Assembly (NCBI GenBank): GCA_020137815.1
Contig: CM035362.1
Span: 2,108,001 to 2,172,000, forward strand
Reading direction: 5' to 3'
From: Hormiphora californensis
Taxonomy: Eukaryota > Animalia > Ctenophora
DNA length: 64,000 bases
Shown here: positions 12,908 through 49,177 of the stretch, piece by piece
Layout: every line of letters begins with the position of its first letter
How positions within the stretch are numbered: position 1 is the first letter of the stretch
Made by a program: the position numbers and the translations under genes
Notes under the pieces: model-generated
The model's input: the letters and a program-made list of their open reading frames with translations, nothing else
What the model was told of the DNA's origin: nothing
Databases searched by the model: none

Positions 12908-13124
12908 TGGCAGAGTACGAGATAGCAGAGCTAGAGAGGTAGCATAGAGATTGCAGAGAGAGAAAGCAGAGACGAGAGATAACAGAGAGAGAGAGAGAGT
13001 TAGCAGAGAGAGAGAGTTAGCAGAGAGAGACAGAGAGAGAGAGAGATGCAAGTACAGATAGAGACTGGAGGTAGCAGAGATGAGAGAAAAGCAGAGAAGA
13101 GATACAGAGAGGAGAGAGTTAGCA

Positions 13125-13157
<33 letters not shown>

Positions 13158-14000
13158 TAGATAAGAAGAGAAATTTAACAAGGAGATACCAAAGAGAGAT
13201 GTCGTCTCCTGTCAAAATCAACTCAGAGCGAAATTTCAGAGAGATCTACATAGAGCAGGGGAGGATAGCAGGGAGAGAAAGTTAGAAATAAGAGAGATAT
13301 GTTTTGTAAGGCCAGAGATGGAAAAGAGTGAGAAGAGATAGAGAAAAAGGGGAAAGAGAAGAGGAAGAGATGAGATAGAGAGCCTCTCCTTTTTTCCCCC
13401 CCCTTTTTTCCCCGGTATTTTTCTTTCTGGAGAAGAAGAGAGGGGGAGATATTCATAACTAATCGGAGTAAGGAGGATGTATGAGATAGCAAGAGAAGAA
13501 AGCCGAGAGGCATGAGAGAAGAAAGAGAGAAGCTCTCCAGAGAGAAGGGGATGCTCTCTCTCTTCCTCGTTCTCCTGCTCTTCTCTCTCTCTCTCTCTCT
13601 CTCCTCTTCTCTTCTCCTGTCGAACTCCTCCTACTCTCTAATCTCTCTTCCCCCAAAATGAACAACCCCGAAAAACCAGAGAGATAGGAGAAAAGAAGAG
13701 AGAGAATACAAGGGTATACCAGAGAGAGAGGTAAAAGAGATACAGAGCTAGAAGAAATAACAGAGCGATAGCAGGAGAGATACAGGAGAGAAAGTAAGCA
13801 GAGAAAAGATGCTCTGAAAGGAAATGAGAGTAAAATGAGAGAGATAGAAATATAGGGGAGAGAAGATCGAGTAGAGTAGAGAGATGGATGAGATTAAAGA
13901 TAGAGATAGAGAGAATGAAGATATAGAGAAGAGGAAGAAGAGAGTTTGCATGGGGTGTTTAAAATTTCTTTAAGATAGAGGTGTGGACTAAGAGGAAATT
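12241..14000. repeat. AG-rich micro/minisatellite block with repeated GATAGCAGAGCTAGAGA... units, degrading toward the gap
   Basis: (AG)n runs plus 3 or more copies of a longer AG-rich unit; later copies are progressively corrupted. Confidence 0.8.
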
Positions 14001-14790
14001 GAGAGATATGAAAAGAACGAGAAATAGGGATATTTAGTGTACGTTGCTTGAGCAATTGGTCGATTGCTAGCAATCGATCAATTGTAAGCCATCCGCGGGA
14101 TGGCCTGGGTCCACTTGTGATAGTGAATGACCGAGAAAAATTGTTAGTTCCAAAGATTACATACCGCATAAGGTGCACTGATGCATTTGTTATTTAGGTT
14201 TACGATTCATCAGGAATTGTTCACTTTTCTTACTGGCGCTGTCTCGTTCTGGTCCTGGGATAGAAAGGTATGTAATAGATAATTTTTTTGAAACAAATTG
14301 TCCGACGGTTCCGGGCGAGTATTGGTTTCAAAGAAAATCAGGGGGTCTTTACACTGAACGAAACAGATAGAAGGAAAAAAGAGAAAGAGAGAAAGAAGGA
14401 AGAGAAGAGGAAAGAGAGTAATACAATTTCATATCACTACTAAATTTAAAAAAAGAAGAGAGGTGGGGCCTTTTATTATACTTTCTCTTCCTAATACCCT
14501 TAAAATCTTCAAACTTAAGATAATCCCTTCAAATATAAATTGAGTGAAAACGGGCGCTCTAATTCAACGGTCTTTCTAGTTTTATGATACAATGATATCA
14601 ATATAGCTCACTATGGTAGTGAATGACTGAGAAAAATGGTTAGTCCCAAACATTACATACCCATAGGGGTGCCTATGCTTTTTATTTAGGTTTACGTTCT
14701 CAGGATTGTTCACTTTTTCTTTTCTGCCTCTTCTGTCTTTTTCTATTGTTCTTTTTTTTTTCTTTCTCCCATTTGCCCCCTTTTGCCACC

Positions 14791-14890
14791 NNNNNNNNNN
14801 NNNNNNNNNNNNNNNNNNNNNNNNNNNNNNNNNNNNNNNNNNNNNNNNNNNNNNNNNNNNNNNNNNNNNNNNNNNNNNNNNNNNNNNNNN
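14791..14890. other. Assembly gap (100 N)
   Basis: Run of 100 n flanked by low-quality sequence and (CT)n. Confidence 1.
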
Positions 14891-14986
<96 letters not shown>

Positions 14987-15601
14987 TCTCCATATCCCTC
15001 TCTCTCTAACTATATGTACCCAAATTACGCCCGAAATTATGCCGCGAAATAAACACGGACACAGCCAGAACAATAATTACACTGTTAATGCGAGAATGTC
15101 AAGCCCCTTCGTCATAACCCCAACGTTATAATTGCTATTCTATAACAGTGCCAATTGCCAATACCAATATATAAATTATTTAAAGGTAGGGGGTTCAGAC
15201 TCCAGTCCTAAAAAGTTTCGCCAGCCCCATGGTTTTGGAGAATGGACCATTTTTTGAACAAAGCCTCTCCTTGTCGAGTTCATTCCAATGGTCGGCGTTA
15301 GTGAGGTCATGGCGTACACTCCTTTGTTGTTCTGGGTCGGCTGTCAAGTTGATTAATCAAGACGAAAAGTGAAAGAGAGTGAGAGATAGAGAGATAGAGA
15401 GAGGGAGAGAAAAGAGAGAGAGGGAGAGAGAGAGAGAGATAGTGAGAGAGAGAGAGAGGGATAAAACCAGGGGACAGAGCTAGTGAATGGACCGGAAAAG
15501 CGCATATATTACAGCACGTCCAATTTCCAAATGTGTAAACACCGTCCAATGCGATCTAACTCTGAGTACTCAGTCGTTATTTTATTCTCCCCCTCTCTAT
15601 T

Positions 15602-15635
<34 letters not shown>

Positions 15636-15712
15636 GCTCTCTCGTCTCTCTCCTCTCCTCCCCCTCACTCTCCCATCTCCTCTCTCTCTCTCTTTCTCAT
15701 CTTTCCTCTCTT

Positions 15713-15744
<32 letters not shown>

Positions 15745-16379
15745 TTTGCTCTCTCTTTCTCCTCTCTCCTCGGGGGGGGGGGGGCTCTCTCCTCGTCTCT
15801 CTCTTCCGATCTCTCTCTCACGCTCTCTCTCGGCTCTCTCTCTCTCTCTCTCTCTCCCCTTGGTCCACTTCTCCCTCGAATGTCCTTCACAGGCTCTGCC
15901 CCTCCTCGTCTCGCGCTTCTTCGCCAATCTCTCTCAATGAGCTCCTACGTCTCTCCTCCTCTCTGCTCTCTCGCCTCTCCCCGCCTCGTCTCGTCTCTCT
16001 CGGTCGGTTCACTCTCTTCCTGTCTCTCTCTCTCTCTCTTTCCTCTGTCGCCCACTCTTCATACAGTGCCTTATAATCCACGCCCTCTTCTACAGGACAT
16101 GATCTCACTGCAGTACCATTATAGGTCAGCCCTTGCCCCCTTACCCCCTCAAATAACAACATGCTGCTTCTCTCTTTAAAAAGTTCTATTTCTAGCACCA
16201 ATAGTGAAGATTCTCCATCCCAACAGCTGTCTTTGTATTTCTTCTCTCACAAAACAACTTTCTCAGAGATCGATCTTCCCGCTTTCATTTGAGAGAGGTG
16301 TAATAGTGCTGCAAGATACCAATCACTTTGGGTGATTCATCTCTCTCTCCGGTCTCCCCCCTCTCTCTCTCTCTCTCTT

Positions 16380-16477
<98 letters not shown>

Positions 16478-16768
16478 CCTGTCTCACAAATGATAACTAT
16501 CCTCTTCGCGATCTTACACCAGACTGTACGTCATTCAATAGCGATCTTGCTATTATACCCGGAGGGAAAGAGACGGAGAAATCAAAATAAAGGGAGATTT
16601 AATACGAAACTTTTTTGGCACCCTGTAACACTTTTCTCTCCCATTTTGATTTTTCTCACCACATACACAGAATGAGCGGCGCTTCTGCTGCAGTGTACAC
16701 ACTGCTAATTAGCTTGGACAATACACGCAAATATAGTGCCATGGAAGGAAACGGAAAAGTGAGAGAAT

Positions 16769-16843
<75 letters not shown>

Positions 16844-17174
16844 ATGATAGTGATAGAGAGGGGAAGATAGATAGATAGAGAGTGGGAGAGAGGCATGTGG
16901 CTGAAAATGCATTTTTTGAAAAATAGAAAACAGCCCCCGGGCCGGTGGGTCACGGTTTAAAATAGAACATTGCATTACAAGTGGGAATATATTCGGCGAT
17001 AAAACTGTTTTCCCCCGCCAATATCATATGTTTTCTCACCACTTTCTTTTTATCATTGTCATTTCCATACACTCCACTATAACACTACACGCTAAGCTAT
17101 CCTCACTATCCCACTCTCCCTAACCTCACTAGCTATCCTCTCTCATCCTAACCTCAACACCCTCTCCCCAACAG

Positions 17175-23833
<6,659 letters not shown>

Positions 23834-25773
23834 ATCGAACACTATGTTTTAGAGGGTCAGAGTGCAGGGATAATAATAGGAGCATTTTGTTTTGTGTGAT
23901 CATATTTCTGAGTGAGTGGTATGAGAGATATAATCTTGTTTTTCTTGGCGACAACAATTTGTACAGTACAATTACATCTCTGGGGTATAATTCTATGGTG
24001 CTATATAAATCTTGGTTTGAGGTAAACAATATAATATTTCTTTATATTGGTGCCCTATAAACCCATCCTGAGTTTGTCGGGTACCGGCCCCGATTTCATA
24101 TAAATTGCTTCTTTATCGGCTTTGGGTGAAGTTTTCTGGGGCTTGGGACACCCTGTACTGTTATAATAGATCACATGCGGTGAGAAAGAGAAAGCTACTC
24201 TAGGATCTAAGATTCGTTTTCAAGATAATATCTTTGTAAATATTTTGTGAAGTAAAGAATGGCGCTATTGATATATACAATCAAGATCTCAGGGTGGAAA
24301 CGTTAGACTTTTCCACGGATCTGGAGAGAGGGAGAGGGAGTGAGAGAGGGAATGAGAGAGAGAGAGCGAGAAAAGAATGGAGTTAAATTTTTCATACATA
24401 GATTGGTCTAGTTCGTTTATATAATCACACTTTCTACAAATCTCTGAAATTTATTCTGTTGTTACATTTTTGGGACATGATGTGTTCAAAAATGTAGACC
24501 AATGTTATAATTGCTGTGTGCCATAGAGAAAGATGTGTCCTCTTTTTTTTCTTGCACGTGCACGATTTAAAGTGGGTACATCGTGCACAATAGAGAGATA
24601 TGAGGGTCAATTAACTGGTTTATTCGGGGTGTGTGGTCTCAGTTCTGTATTTGTGTGGATTTTGACGCAATTTGTATACCAAAACATACCCCAACCATTT
24701 CCATTTCAAAATTGAAAAGTTTTGTGTTTTGTCTTGTCAAAAAAGGATGGAAGATTTGCAGCCTGAAAGAAACCCAGCTGCAACACGACCTCGGCTCTGT
24801 CCAGCGTGCGCCAGAACCCGTTTTCAATCTGAGATCGGGTGGGCGCTGCCAGACAAACCTCGACCGTTTTAATATTTCCCACGTGCATGGTTATATATGC
24901 TGATTCAGCTCCGTGGGAAACTAAAACATCCAAGCGGGGGTAAAACTTTGTTGTTGCATGGGCTGTTCAATTCTTCCATCCTAAAGGTTCGGAAAATTCT
25001 GATCTATCTGAATGGGCTCTCCGGATGAGTTAGGAAAATAGATTTCTGCTTTCGTACATGGTGAATTGTCCATCTCCATGCGCGAGACCTGACCTATTTT
25101 CCTGACCCCTGTTCGGCGAAGCAAGTGCCGGAACTGGAGAAGCTAAGCTAAGATCTTTTAGTAGAACAGCTACCCCTTCTAAAAGATATTAGCGCACTTT
25201 CTAAACGCCAGGCATAGTGGAGCTATCTCTCACTGAGAGTCTCAGGCATCTGAGCGATGTGACTCACATTGTGAGTGACCAGGCATCCTGTATCGCATCA
25301 CGCTGACACTGTCACTGTCAGTGCAGTGTCAGGTCAATGTCACTGTCAGGTGGCTGGTGGAGGTGCAGTTGGTATCGAAGACACCTCACACTCTTCGCGC
25401 GCGCTGGCAAGGGGTAACTTCGTAACCAAGAGGTGCAGGTGAGCCGAGCTAGTAACATCTCCCAATCTGCAACTATATTCACCGGTTGCTGAGGAGTTAG
25501 GGACCCCCACTGCACTGAGGCCAAGGGTCCCTGACCCTGCCTGGCGGCCGGCGGCGCCATACTCCGTTCACACTTCACACTAACCCAGCTTGGCCAAGCT
25601 TCCATGCTACTGCTTGGCCCCAGACCTCTGCAACATGAATAAAATTATGCAGGGCCTGGCCTAGCAAGGCGAATTATATTTATAACATAAATATAAAGTT
25701 CACTCAGTCTCAAGTTCAGTGTTCTGTACGTGATCTAGAAGTTCTCTAGGTCGGGTGGGGACCTTGTACTTGT

Positions 25774-25871
25774 AGGAACAGGCGATTCTTCTTGATTTCT
25801 TCTCGATCTTTAGTTATTACCTAAAGATCGAATCGAGATCGAGAAGAAATCGAGAAGAATTGCCGGTTCCT
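25774..25871. repeat. Imperfect palindrome (MITE-like)
   Basis: AGGAACAGGCGATTCTTCTTGATTTCTTCTCGATCT ... AGATCGAGAAGAAATCGAGAAGAATTGCCGGTTCCT. Confidence 0.65.
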
Positions 25872-26746
25872 CGGTCACCACTCTCATCCGCTCAAAGAGA
25901 TCGAGAACATGGTACAGCGAGATGCAGGTGTTTGTTGAGTAAGGGGACAATTAAGTGTGAAAGACAAGGTGTGAAAGGGACCTCAAAAAGACAGTATGGA
26001 GATCGTTGTTAGTTTTGTTAAGCAGACCCCTGTTCAGATCAGGGATCATTGCTACAGGATCTCTCACAGAACCTGCAACTATGGCATGGAGGACCCGCAG
26101 CTTAGGAGGAGGGGGGCTACATAATTATGCGGAATTAAAGTTTAGCACACTCCCGTGGGAGTGATCTTTTCCTGGGGGGGGGGGGGGGGGAGTCCCCCCT
26201 CGTACGGGAAAGATCGAGCTCGACCAGTAGTATTTCAATATCAGTTGAATGCGTGATACGAAAATAGCTAGGGCCGGCCATGGGATAAACGTGATAAAAA
26301 TATTTTTCCAAAACAAACTGCGGCATGCAAGGCTAGGCTCACCAACCAACCAACCAACCAAGGCAAGGCTCAGGAAAGTTGCATTTATGTCACAATGCGC
26401 GTCACACGTTTCATGAAAATGTGTCATTGAAGTGGTTTATGAAGGAGCAGTTGCCTAGCAGGTAGCGGTGGACATTTTATTATCCCTCTACCTTCGGCAT
26501 TGGCCTGGGTAGGGAAAAAATGCATAATGCTCTTTTTGTGTTAAGCGATTAGTTAGTGCTACAGAACTTGAAGTTCTAGTAGTAGTAGTAGTAGTAGGTA
26601 CATATCGACATATTCACATATCGACTTATCCAGGAGAGTGGTTAAGAAAATTTAGCTGACAGGTCCTCGGGGGAAGGACGTTTTTGTAGGCTAAATCTAG
26701 GTTCCGGTAAACTGAGGGTCTGGTAAAAGGTTATAGGGGGAAAAAA

Positions 26747-26990
26747 GTCGTACCTGAACCCCAGGTTCAGGCCACGGCTATTTTCCACTGAGACCTGCGA
26801 TCTCAGGTTTCGGCGAGGGCTAATCCCTGAGATTTACTGTCTGGCGGCGCCAGACCCCAATTTTATTCTCTCTGACAGTGTGCTCAGATGGGGTCGGTGG
26901 CGCCAGACAGGGAATAGCCGTCACTAAAACCTGAGATCTCAGGTCTCAGTGGAAAATAGCCGTGGCCTGAACCTGATGTTCAAGCACGAC
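26747..26990. mobile_element. Palindromic element (~80-bp arms) with a 74-bp CTGTCTGG mini-element at its centre
   Basis: Left arm CAGGTTCAGGCCACGGCTATTTTCCACTGAGACCTG, right arm CAGGTCTCAGTGGAAAATAGCCGTGGCCTGAACCTG; inner element 26837-26910; solo arm copy at ~29333-29375. Confidence 0.8.
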
Positions 26991-28980
26991 CGTTTCTGAT
27001 CCCAGGCTTGGGAACGCAGCCACTTGTTTTAGTAAAAGTTTTACATCCCTCTATACCATCCCGGGGACCTTCTTCTTCTTCCCGTAAGGGGATATCCCTT
27101 TACGGGAAGAAGAAGATCAAAAGGTCATATAATGGACAAACAATTCTGTAGAATCTGCTTGATTATTGATCAAGTAGCGCCTCTGCTTCTAACCTCGATT
27201 AGATCCGTCGAGGGATGTTTGTTTAATACTTGTTCACACGTCTCTTGCTAGATCATTCCATATTTTTTCCACGTTTCCCTCCATCTCTCTAAGTCCCACT
27301 GATCCACACCTTGACAAGCTGAATATTTTATTATTTTATGTGTTAACCCCCATCTCTTCAATTCGTTCCATTCCTGCAGTGTCTTGTTGCAGTTATAGCC
27401 CGGCCCTTGCTCAAAAGATGGAACCTGCATGCAAATTCCAGAGAGAACCGTTGTGCTGTTTAACCCTCCAACTGTGTGAGGGTCGAGCACTAGACAACTG
27501 TTTTCTAAACTTTATCAAACCCAGTGGACCGATACACTCCATGCTAGCAAGCGAATATATCCGCTTCATTATACCCTGTTAAAAACATGACGTATAAATA
27601 AACGTTAATCCAGCTGTCCCATGGAGGTGCCAATTGCAGTAACCACACTTAACTTTTGCAGTGTACCACACTTTTGCAGTGTACTTTTTACAGTGTATTC
27701 CCTTTTCAAGTTCAAGAACTTTGCCTGCCTTTTGAGCTTTTGGTGATAGCTTAGTTTGTCTACCACGTAACGTGGCTCTATGTTTTTTTCATTTTTGTAA
27801 TCGTATAGTTCTGTCTGGCGGCGCTGACCCGATCTCAACTTTAGTGTGTCCCTTGACAATCAAAACGGGGTCTGGCGGCGTATTGTTTGAGTACATTGAT
27901 ACGCCTAGGTGCCTATACAGCTGTAATAACTAAGTCCTAATTAAAATTTGTATAGCGTAAATGTAATTGCCAACCCTGCAAAGTTGCAATCTTAGGCTTG
28001 TGCTTCTTATCAAGCCTCACGTGCCACCCGTGAATCAGGGTAAATGGTATTTTCCTCTCCGATGTGTTACGATTGGTTTCCCCTCTCTTACGGCTGGTCT
28101 GGACCATGATCAGTGATCATTGATCAGATCAGTGCATGTCTTGGGTGTATTCAAGTATATTATCTCAGCTACCGTCTTGGGTTTTGGTTTTGTAAGACTG
28201 GTATATACCTCGTCTGTCAGAGCAAGAGTTTAGAGTACTCCGTTCGACTATCATGGTGACAGAATATATAATGCAGGCAAAACTATTATAGTTCATGCAT
28301 TCCTTACAACTAGAAACTGGGGCGATCGGTACTAGAGAAAAACTCCATTTCCCGTCCTCGCTCGACTACTCTCTCTACTCTCGCTCTCTACTCTCTCCCT
28401 CCTTCTTCTTTTCTGTCAGTTGGTTACTGTAGCTAAGCACTGGGTTCTCTTCCTCTCTCTTCCTCGGGTCATGTGATCTGATCTGTTTACCTCGGTGTGA
28501 CAGGGGACAGTTATACCGTGTGGGGCAATAAAAAGTAGTGTGAGATCAGATCCCTCTACTGTGATCCGATCCGGGAAATGCCAAGCCGTCCATTGGAATG
28601 TGCGTGACAATATATCCCGGTCCTAATCCTGCAGTCTACAGATGCAACACCCCTCTTAGTTTCACAAGTAAAGATTTTATTTTCTCTTAATTACGATTCC
28701 ATATTATCATTGATATTCACACAGTTTTACCGGCCGGCGAATTCTTCCGATTCCAATGGAATTAATCATTCCATTACTTTTCTTGTTCTTTTTCAGGCTT
28801 GCATCTCATATATGATACGCGTTGAATGTTTCTGGTTGAGAAATATTATAGAATATATTCGAATTTTGCTAACCAAGCTAAGTTATGTGTCTCTTGTGGG
28901 GTAGACCGCAGTCCGAATTCATCATATGCAAATATGCTTGGAAAAATGAAAGAAAGGGTGAGGAAACTCAAACGAATCAT

Positions 28981-29198
<218 letters not shown>

Positions 29199-30923
29199 TC
29201 TATCCCCCTCTTTCTCTATCGCTTCCATCTAACTATCGCATCCCTCTAACTTTCCATCCATCTTCAGTTTCAAGTTCATCTTCTTTCGTTTGTTCGGGTG
29301 CACGATATAATGGGGAAAACAGCCGCGTACCTCAGGTTCAGGCCACGGCTATTTTCCACTGAGACCTGAGATCTCTGAGAAATGTCTGAGATGTGTCTGC
29401 AGTAGTACTTACATATATTGGTTAGGTAAGTACAGACTCTGTACTTACATAATTAAATGTAGTTTTATTTCTTACTTTCCTAATTAAAAGTAGTTTTATT
29501 TCTTACTTATGAAGTACTTTCCTAGCCTTTTCGCCCAAGTTTCCTCTAACTCACCTCTTGCAATTTCCATCCCTTTTTCTCACAGCAATTCTCCCTGAAG
29601 CTATATTTCCTCACACTGTGTATATGGGAAAACACTGAGCAGAATCTGACGGCTGTTGACAGTTCTAGAATAAGAAAGCATAGCTCGGAACAGCTCGGGG
29701 CGTGAAAGCTGGACCTATCTGTATATTTCATAACTTTCTTGTTAATCTCATGATCTTCCTCCGACCCTATTCTCCGCGTAAGAGCTGCAGTCCATAATCC
29801 CGCTTTGGGAAAATAGGTCTACCTGCTTGTAGCTGTTAACTTAGGTTCCGATACCCTAATTTTCCTATTCATTCAATATAATTCCTGCATATATTCACTA
29901 TGAAGACCTGCCATCAACGTATCAATTAGACCTCACGCACTGGCCTGGTGGGTTGTAGGCTATAGAGACAGGTAGGTAGCCCCTGCTGCAGCGCTACCGT
30001 TGATATCTACCGATCAACCCTCACAGAGCGAGGAAAATGACAGTCCTTGCAGTATGTGTTACGGCGTTAGGTTTTAGGAATTTGGATTATTTGCTTAGTA
30101 TGGACGTTTGGAGAATTAACATAATTATGCATAATAATTCAGGATATTAATTAGTTTAACAACTATATATAATATATAAGGTTTACTTTCGTTATTTTAA
30201 TTTTGGAGGGGACTGCAGGACTTGCTGCAGGAGAGGGCCTGCTTAATGCGTTTCAACCCTACTCCCGATCATGCTTTGGGGCCCCGGCCGGAGACTAAAA
30301 CAACAGCCAAGGTCGTGTGTTATATATGCAGTGAATTTATATAGTTCATTTTTATTTACTTTTTGCGGGGTGGGTCAGATAATAGAATCTCGCTCTGCAT
30401 AATATTCCTCCACCCCAGTGCTAACTATATTGCTTCCCCCTCACTGCAATCTTGCAACTTATAAATGGCAATGACACATATGAGCTTTTATGATTTAATA
30501 ACCCCATGACTTAGTTTTTAAAATATTGCGCCGTACTACGCCTCATTACAATACTGATCCAAATCTTTTTCGTTGCAATTATGAACTTTGTTTAGTGCAT
30601 TGCTGCACTGCCCATCTGACAGATTTTTATTAGATTCAAATCATTAGTATTCGGGATTTGAATTTGTCTCCCAGTCCCACACCCGAGCTAACATTTCACA
30701 GAGCCACCTAGGACCTAGCATGGAAGCTCGAGGATGGAACACAAAAATCGATATGCGTACACTACAGATCTGCAGCAGCAGAGCTCAGCTACGAAGCAAA
30801 CACACATCAAATCAATCACAGAATTTATAAGGGGGCGAGGGAGAGAGGGGTGAGAGAGTGCAGGAGAGGGAGGTATATCAAATTGAGCTAGGGGTGTGTT
30901 ATAGGAAGAGGACCTGGACGGGT

Positions 30924-31009
<86 letters not shown>

Positions 31010-32969
31010 AGAGAGGGAGAGAGAGAGAAGAAACTGTGCAGAGAGTAATCAAATTGTAGAATCACCAGCATAAGAGTCTTCTATCTTTTACACCTCTCTC
31101 TCTTCCGCCTCCCTCCCTCTCTCTATCTTTTTCCCTTGTCCCTCTCTTTTTACATCAAAACTTTTACTCTAATCGTATGAAATATCTCTCCTTTCTGTTT
31201 GTCTACCTCCCTAGCTCTTCTTTCCAGTTTCTAAGGTATTCCATTACCAAATATATTCCCCTTGCAGCAGACAGTCTAAAGATCGTTATCAATAATATAA
31301 TTTCTAACCCTGTTCTGTCCCTGGTAATGTATGTGGCTTCTCCATGCTATCACTACCTTGTTCCTAGTATCAACTAGTTCATCTAGTTCATTCTCTGTTA
31401 GAAGCTTCTCTTTGAACAACTCTTTGAATTCATCTGGTTCATTCTATGTATAGAGGTTTCTTATAGATGCCCCACTTCAAGTCAGGTTTTGTTTACTTTT
31501 TTGGGAGTTTGTGGGATTTTTATTTCAAACGATACTGTTCATTTCCTGCTTGCACACATACAGTTCTGTTTTTTCTATGATCCTGTTTTTGTAAAGCCCC
31601 GCGATTTATGCTCCCATTTTTCGACAGTCACGCTTTAAGATAATGTGACGATAGACATGCTGGTTTGCTCAAGAACTTACCACGGTCGGGATGGGGATTG
31701 TTGATTTAAGAATTGATTTACTCGATTACACAGGCCCCTTCTGAAGCAAGGAAGGGGGACAATTCAGAGTGATTTGATCATTGTGTACATTGTGTACATT
31801 GTTGTAGTACAAGCTAGAACCTGTATTGTGTTATGTATTTTGCTCACTGGCAATTCTAGATTGGATTTAAGGGGATTAATATGTTATTTATCTTATTTAT
31901 TAGGGGAGTAATATATGTAATTTGAGTGGGATGCCCAGCTGGCAAGGGTGGGGTATATTGCCATCAAGATCGAATCCTTCTGATCCCTCTTGCTGCAGTG
32001 TCTTTTCATTTTTCTGCAGTATTGACCCTTCATCCTGAGGCATCAGGCATGCCACATGACGGATAGTATCTTAGAATTGTGAAACGCATAATTCTGCACA
32101 AACACACACACCGCATGGCTCTTATCTCAATGCCCCCTGTCAATTTCAGTCCTTTACGTGTGCAAAAGAAAGGGCGACACGAGAGAGAAAAGGGGGTTCG
32201 AGAGAGGGGGAAGGGAGACTGGACAGAGAGAGGGGGGTAGACTGGAGAGAAAGAGTTTGTGGTGTAGATGTCCGTCTAGTTTTAGAAAACATGCGTTCCT
32301 GCAGCAGGAGGAGCTGCGTGTTATCCTACACGTTTGTTTAGTTAGTTAATTTGTCGTAGAACTAGAATATCTGTCAGATCATATCATAGTGATACGAGTT
32401 TTTTATCTTGAAATTCTTGATCTACCAGGCCCTTGTAATATTCTTCTTCTCAATTTTTCTCCCTAAAGAAAGATGAAAAGAACACATCTCTAACTCCCGT
32501 GCTCCCTAAAGAAAGATGAAAAGTTGATCAGGACCCAGACTTGATACAGTTCAGAATCCCTGATCCCGTACCGTTCTTTTGTTCAATCGCTTTATTGATA
32601 CAAACTAGACAGCTATATCATGGTCGTAGCGAACGTCGTGTTTTATGAAACTTCTAGAGTGTGAGATGACGTATTGCATATTTGATAAATGAGCCTAAAT
32701 CTCATAATTAAGTGTTTAATTTCACAGGGTTGGGAAAACACAGCTTCAAACCCACAAACAAACATTCAAGCCGTTATTTTCTGCAGGTGATTCACTTTGT
32801 TTTGTTCAAACCCTTTTAATTTTTCAACAACAGCTGGTGAATCAAGGTGATCCTACCCTACCCGACATTTTTGTAACACCCAACGATTCTAGCTATAATG
32901 TAATCCAGCAGATAGTAAGTTGAAAAGTGAAACACCACCTTGCCTAGTTGACAACTACAAATCCAAGGG

Positions 32970-47961
<14,992 letters not shown>

Positions 47962-48866
47962 ACCGAGGAAAGATTAGAAAGATATAGACGATAGAGAGAG
48001 AGAGAGAGGGAAAGAGAATGTGACAGCTTTCACTGTATTGCCTGCCACGGAGTGATTACTGATTATACGGAGATCTGTTAGAATCTTGTTTTCAATGTCT
48101 GACAACATGGTTCGGAACACGCCGCGAGACTCTAACAGATCTCCGTAGGGAAAGAGAAGTCGATTAGCTCCAATTAGTATATGGAATGAAGGTGCATCAT
48201 GTTGAGAGTTGAAGGACTAAAGATGGCTTTATAAAAGACAACTGTAGCTAAAGTAGATCTCTCCTGTCTGGGGCTCAGACCGGATGGAAGAAAAGTGTCT
48301 GGGCGCTAGATTATAGGATATAATTGATAGCTTTAAATCAGACGTGTTTTTAACGTTTTTATATCTTTTTATAAGTTGGGATAAGCTGCGATTACCATCG
48401 CCGTGTTTTCCTATATCAATTTATTCTCAGAAAAGACTTTTAAAATAATTCAGGTTGTAATCTGTAGTTCTTATACTTTTTATAACTTTATATCTTTTTA
48501 CTAACTTAACAGGCAACATTTTATTAGCATACAATGTAAATTGGTAGATAAACAAGAGAGAGAGAGTGTATTTTATTGCTGACAAGGACCTGTTGTATCC
48601 TAATATATTATGTGATGCTACTTTATATCTAACAACCTAATATGACGGTTACCATGGTAACCTAATGAATGTCACATGTGGTAACCATGGTAACACACAC
48701 GCGGTTACCCAAAATGTATGGGATATGTGTATATGGTTTTGCTATGCTTCAACTGCCAGAAACAACTGCATTTATTCCTTTGTTAAGTTACCGATCAAGA
48801 CAATATACTATATATTACAACCGAGGCTGAAATTTAAAGTTATAAGCATACTATTCGTGATGAATA

Positions 48867-49070
48867 AAGGGTCCTCGCTCCGCTCTTCTGAGCGAGAAAG
48901 GGTCCTCGCTCCGCTCTTCTGGGCGAGAAAGGCTCCTCGCTCCGCTCTTTTGAGCGAGAAAGGCTCCTCGCTCCGCTCTTCTGAGCGAGAAAGGGTCCTC
49001 GCTCCGCTCTTCTGAGCGAGAAAGGGTCCTCGCTCCGCTCTTCTGAGCGAGAAAGGGTCTTTGCTTCGCT
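48867..49070 (+). repeat. ~31-bp minisatellite AAGGGTCCTCGCTCCGCTCTTCTGAGCGAGA
   Basis: 6-7 near-identical copies between the collagen 3' end and the convergent gene. Confidence 0.92.
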
Positions 49071-49177
49071 CTTCGGCTCTCCTGAGCGTCTTGACAGTGA
49101 TTTACTCATCTACTAGTGTGGTATATGGTAGCAAGGCAGATGCCACGCGAGGCAGTGGGTAAGATATTTAAATTAGG

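Noticed and set aside
14100-14730. Diverged ~130-bp duplication (14120-14250 vs 14610-14730)
   Set aside because: Lies in degraded sequence beside the gap; probably the same locus read twice at low quality.
15200-15570. Minus-strand exon-like segments next to the gap
   Set aside because: Short, unrecognised, not kinase-like.
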